Shown here piece after piece: positions 7,250-8,761 of a stretch of 8,761 bases of DNA. The notes below the pieces were generated by a model that saw nothing but the letters and a program-made list of their open reading frames with translations, did not search any database and was not told the origin of the DNA. The translations under genes were made by a program, and so were the position numbers. How positions within the stretch are numbered: the stretch's first letter is position 1; the number at the start of each line of letters is the position of its first letter. The stretch lies in the NCBI GenBank assembly GCA_018985225.1, contig JADGIF010000426.1, forward strand, positions 1 to 8,761. Direction: 5' to 3'. This DNA is from Amoeboradix gromovi X-113 (Eukaryota; Fungi; Sanchytriomycota).

Positions 7250-7256
7250 TTACGTG
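7250..7256 (+). promoter_or_regulatory. Candidate promoter motif TTACGTG ~75 nt upstream of Rec8
   Basis: Same motif, orientation and approximate distance to the ATG as upstream of SGF73. Confidence 0.3.
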
Positions 7257-7330
7257 TATTTAAAAAATGGCGCAATAATCACCAAGTCCCCTTGGTGGTT
7301 GTACTAAATCGCCGGGTGTTGAAACAAGAA

Positions 7331-8556
7331 ATGTTTTATTCCGTAGATTTCTTGTGCGGCAACAATGGGCTCTCCGTCTGCTGGCTAGCCTCGACAATGG
7401 GGTCCACCAAATCTAAGAGGCTTTCTAAGAAGATGATAAACAATGTTGATATCCAAGAGCAAGTCAATTTCTTACTGAACCCAGTAGAACCGTTGGCATT
7501 AAGGTTAAGTAGTCATTTGTTGCTAGGAATTTTAAGAGTTTACAAGCAGCAATACGAGTTTTATTCTGCAGATGTACAGCAAGCCATCACCAAATTGATG
7601 TCCATGAACAAGAAGCCTTCTAGTCGACCACCCAAATTTGACTTGGATTTGAATCAGCTAAATCACGTTAGCCTTGACTTCGAAGATAAAGATTTCAGCT
7701 GGGACACAGATAGTAACTTGTTTCCAAACTCTCAGATAAACATGAATATTCAACCAGTGGATCTAGAAAGCATGAACTTGTCCATATCTGGCTCAGAGGA
7801 CAAGCTGATGGAATTAGTAATTGAGCACTCATCTAACGATCTTGGTGGATTTGACTTATCAATTCCCAGCGCTCCGCCAGTAGACTTCTCTTCACAATCC
7901 CATCCACAGCCAGAGCCATTGACAAACGTGAAATCTTCTATTGCTGAACTAACGTCTACAGTTCCCCACAAGAGAAGCAGATCCGCCAAGCCCTACTCAA
8001 GTCGCAAATACATGGATGCTCAGGTTACAGCTCAAGTCGAGTTTGAGTCATTTAAATGGTATGAATTCCAATCCAAGATCATGGAATCCAACATTGCTAT
8101 ACCATTTACACTTCCTAATTTGGAAATCGGTAGATTTGGTTCAACTGATATTGTTCATTCCTTGCCCTCTTTAGGTAGCCAGGAAGTGGGTAGAAATGAG
8201 AGTTACTCCGGAAGCGCAGGTGCTGCCAACATACCTGCGTTTCAATCTGATTCTAGTGATCAATTAAAGATAGGCGATAGAATATTGAGTAGTGATCAAG
8301 ATATTAACCAACCTGAAAAGGGCAAAAGTATCTATGGAGTCACAGAACACGTTGACTTTTTAAGGTTATATAATATTAACTTAGCAAATTAGATGGTAAA
8401 CCAGAATCATTCGATGTCGTGGTTTCATTATTTAAAAACGAATACAAGTTCCCAGCCCCTAATTGCTTTATGAACTTGCTAGTTTTAGCTAACAACAACA
8501 TGATAAACATGACCCAGGATGAATGCTATGAACCGATTAAAATTGAATGGCAATAA
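7331..8556 (+). CDS. REC8: Rad21/Rec8 family kleisin, Rec8-like meiotic cohesin subunit, 401 aa; exons 7331-8364, 8385-8556
   Basis: The likely start is ATG 7331 (MFYS). N-terminal domain CWLASTMGS...KRLSKK...VDI...EPLALRLSSHLLLGILRVYKQQYEF; WLAxTxG and QQY are Rec8-type features. After a 20-nt intron comes the winged-helix C-terminus FMNLLVLANNNMINMTQDECYEPIKI. Confidence 0.85.
8365..8384 (+). other. 20-nt spliceosomal intron (REC8, phase 2)
   Basis: GTTATATAATATTAACTTAG. Removal gives DFL-S-KLDGKP and puts the kleisin C-terminal domain in frame. Confidence 0.88.
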
Positions 8557-8602
8557 ATGTTTTAACTTCATCTTTATAACAAAATTGTGCCTGATCCCTT
8601 TT

Positions 8603-8632
8603 GGGACACCAAATATAAAAACTAGACTAACT
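8603..8632 (+). mobile_element. Putative DNA transposon terminal inverted repeat (element extends to the right)
   Basis: GGGACACCAAATATAAAAACTAGACTAACT, a 27/30 match to the reverse complement of 109-138. Confidence 0.65.
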
Positions 8633-8761
8633 CGTTTTTAAAGGTACTCCATACGCAGGAAATGCTATCATTAATAAAAGATCTTCTGTTATACCAATTT
8701 TCTTTCATTACTTTCAATCCCCTCTTCAAAATAAAACTAGAAGACCCTGCATCTCGTTCAA
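8622..8761 (-). CDS. Possible 3' end of an ORF entering from the right edge and stopping inside the TIR
   Basis: Frame open for 45 codons from the window edge: ERDAGSSSFILKRGLKVMKENWYNRRSFINDSISCVWSTFKNELV*. No motif recognised. Confidence 0.25.
   Translation of the reverse strand, partial: ERDAGSSSFILKRGLKVMKENWYNRRSFINDSISCVWSTFKNELV

Noticed and set aside
7292-7330. Upstream TTG start of the REC8 ORF in the ORF track
   Set aside because: Kleisins begin MFYS. ATG 7331 has the AAGAA-ATG context.
1225-7989. ORFs 1225..1407, 1945..2133, 2051..2437, 4234..4611, 4909..5199 and 7750..7989
   Set aside because: Antisense shadows of better-supported genes, with no recognisable motifs.

Overview
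AT-rich, gene-dense eukaryotic DNA in the standard genetic code. The gene content suggests a compact fungal or fungus-related genome (inference). Host genes: an Sgf73/ataxin-7 SAGA subunit (-, 3 exons), a 165-aa hypothetical protein (-), the spliceosomal DEAH helicase DHX16/Prp2/Cdc28 (+), mitochondrial F1 ATP synthase gamma ATP3 (-, 2 exons) and a Rec8-like kleisin (+, 2 exons). Three signals are not visible in the ORF track. (1) All four well-supported introns are only 19-20 nt and all end TAAnnnAG. (2) Two diverged relics of a Fanzor2/IS607-TnpB-like element flank ATP3. Each keeps the RuvC-III C-terminus plus a conserved, structured ~120-nt tail that looks like an omegaRNA scaffold ending at GAGGA. 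(3) A 30-bp inverted repeat (27/30 identical) sits near both window ends facing outward, consistent with the termini of two DNA transposons (GGGAC start, Merlin-like).
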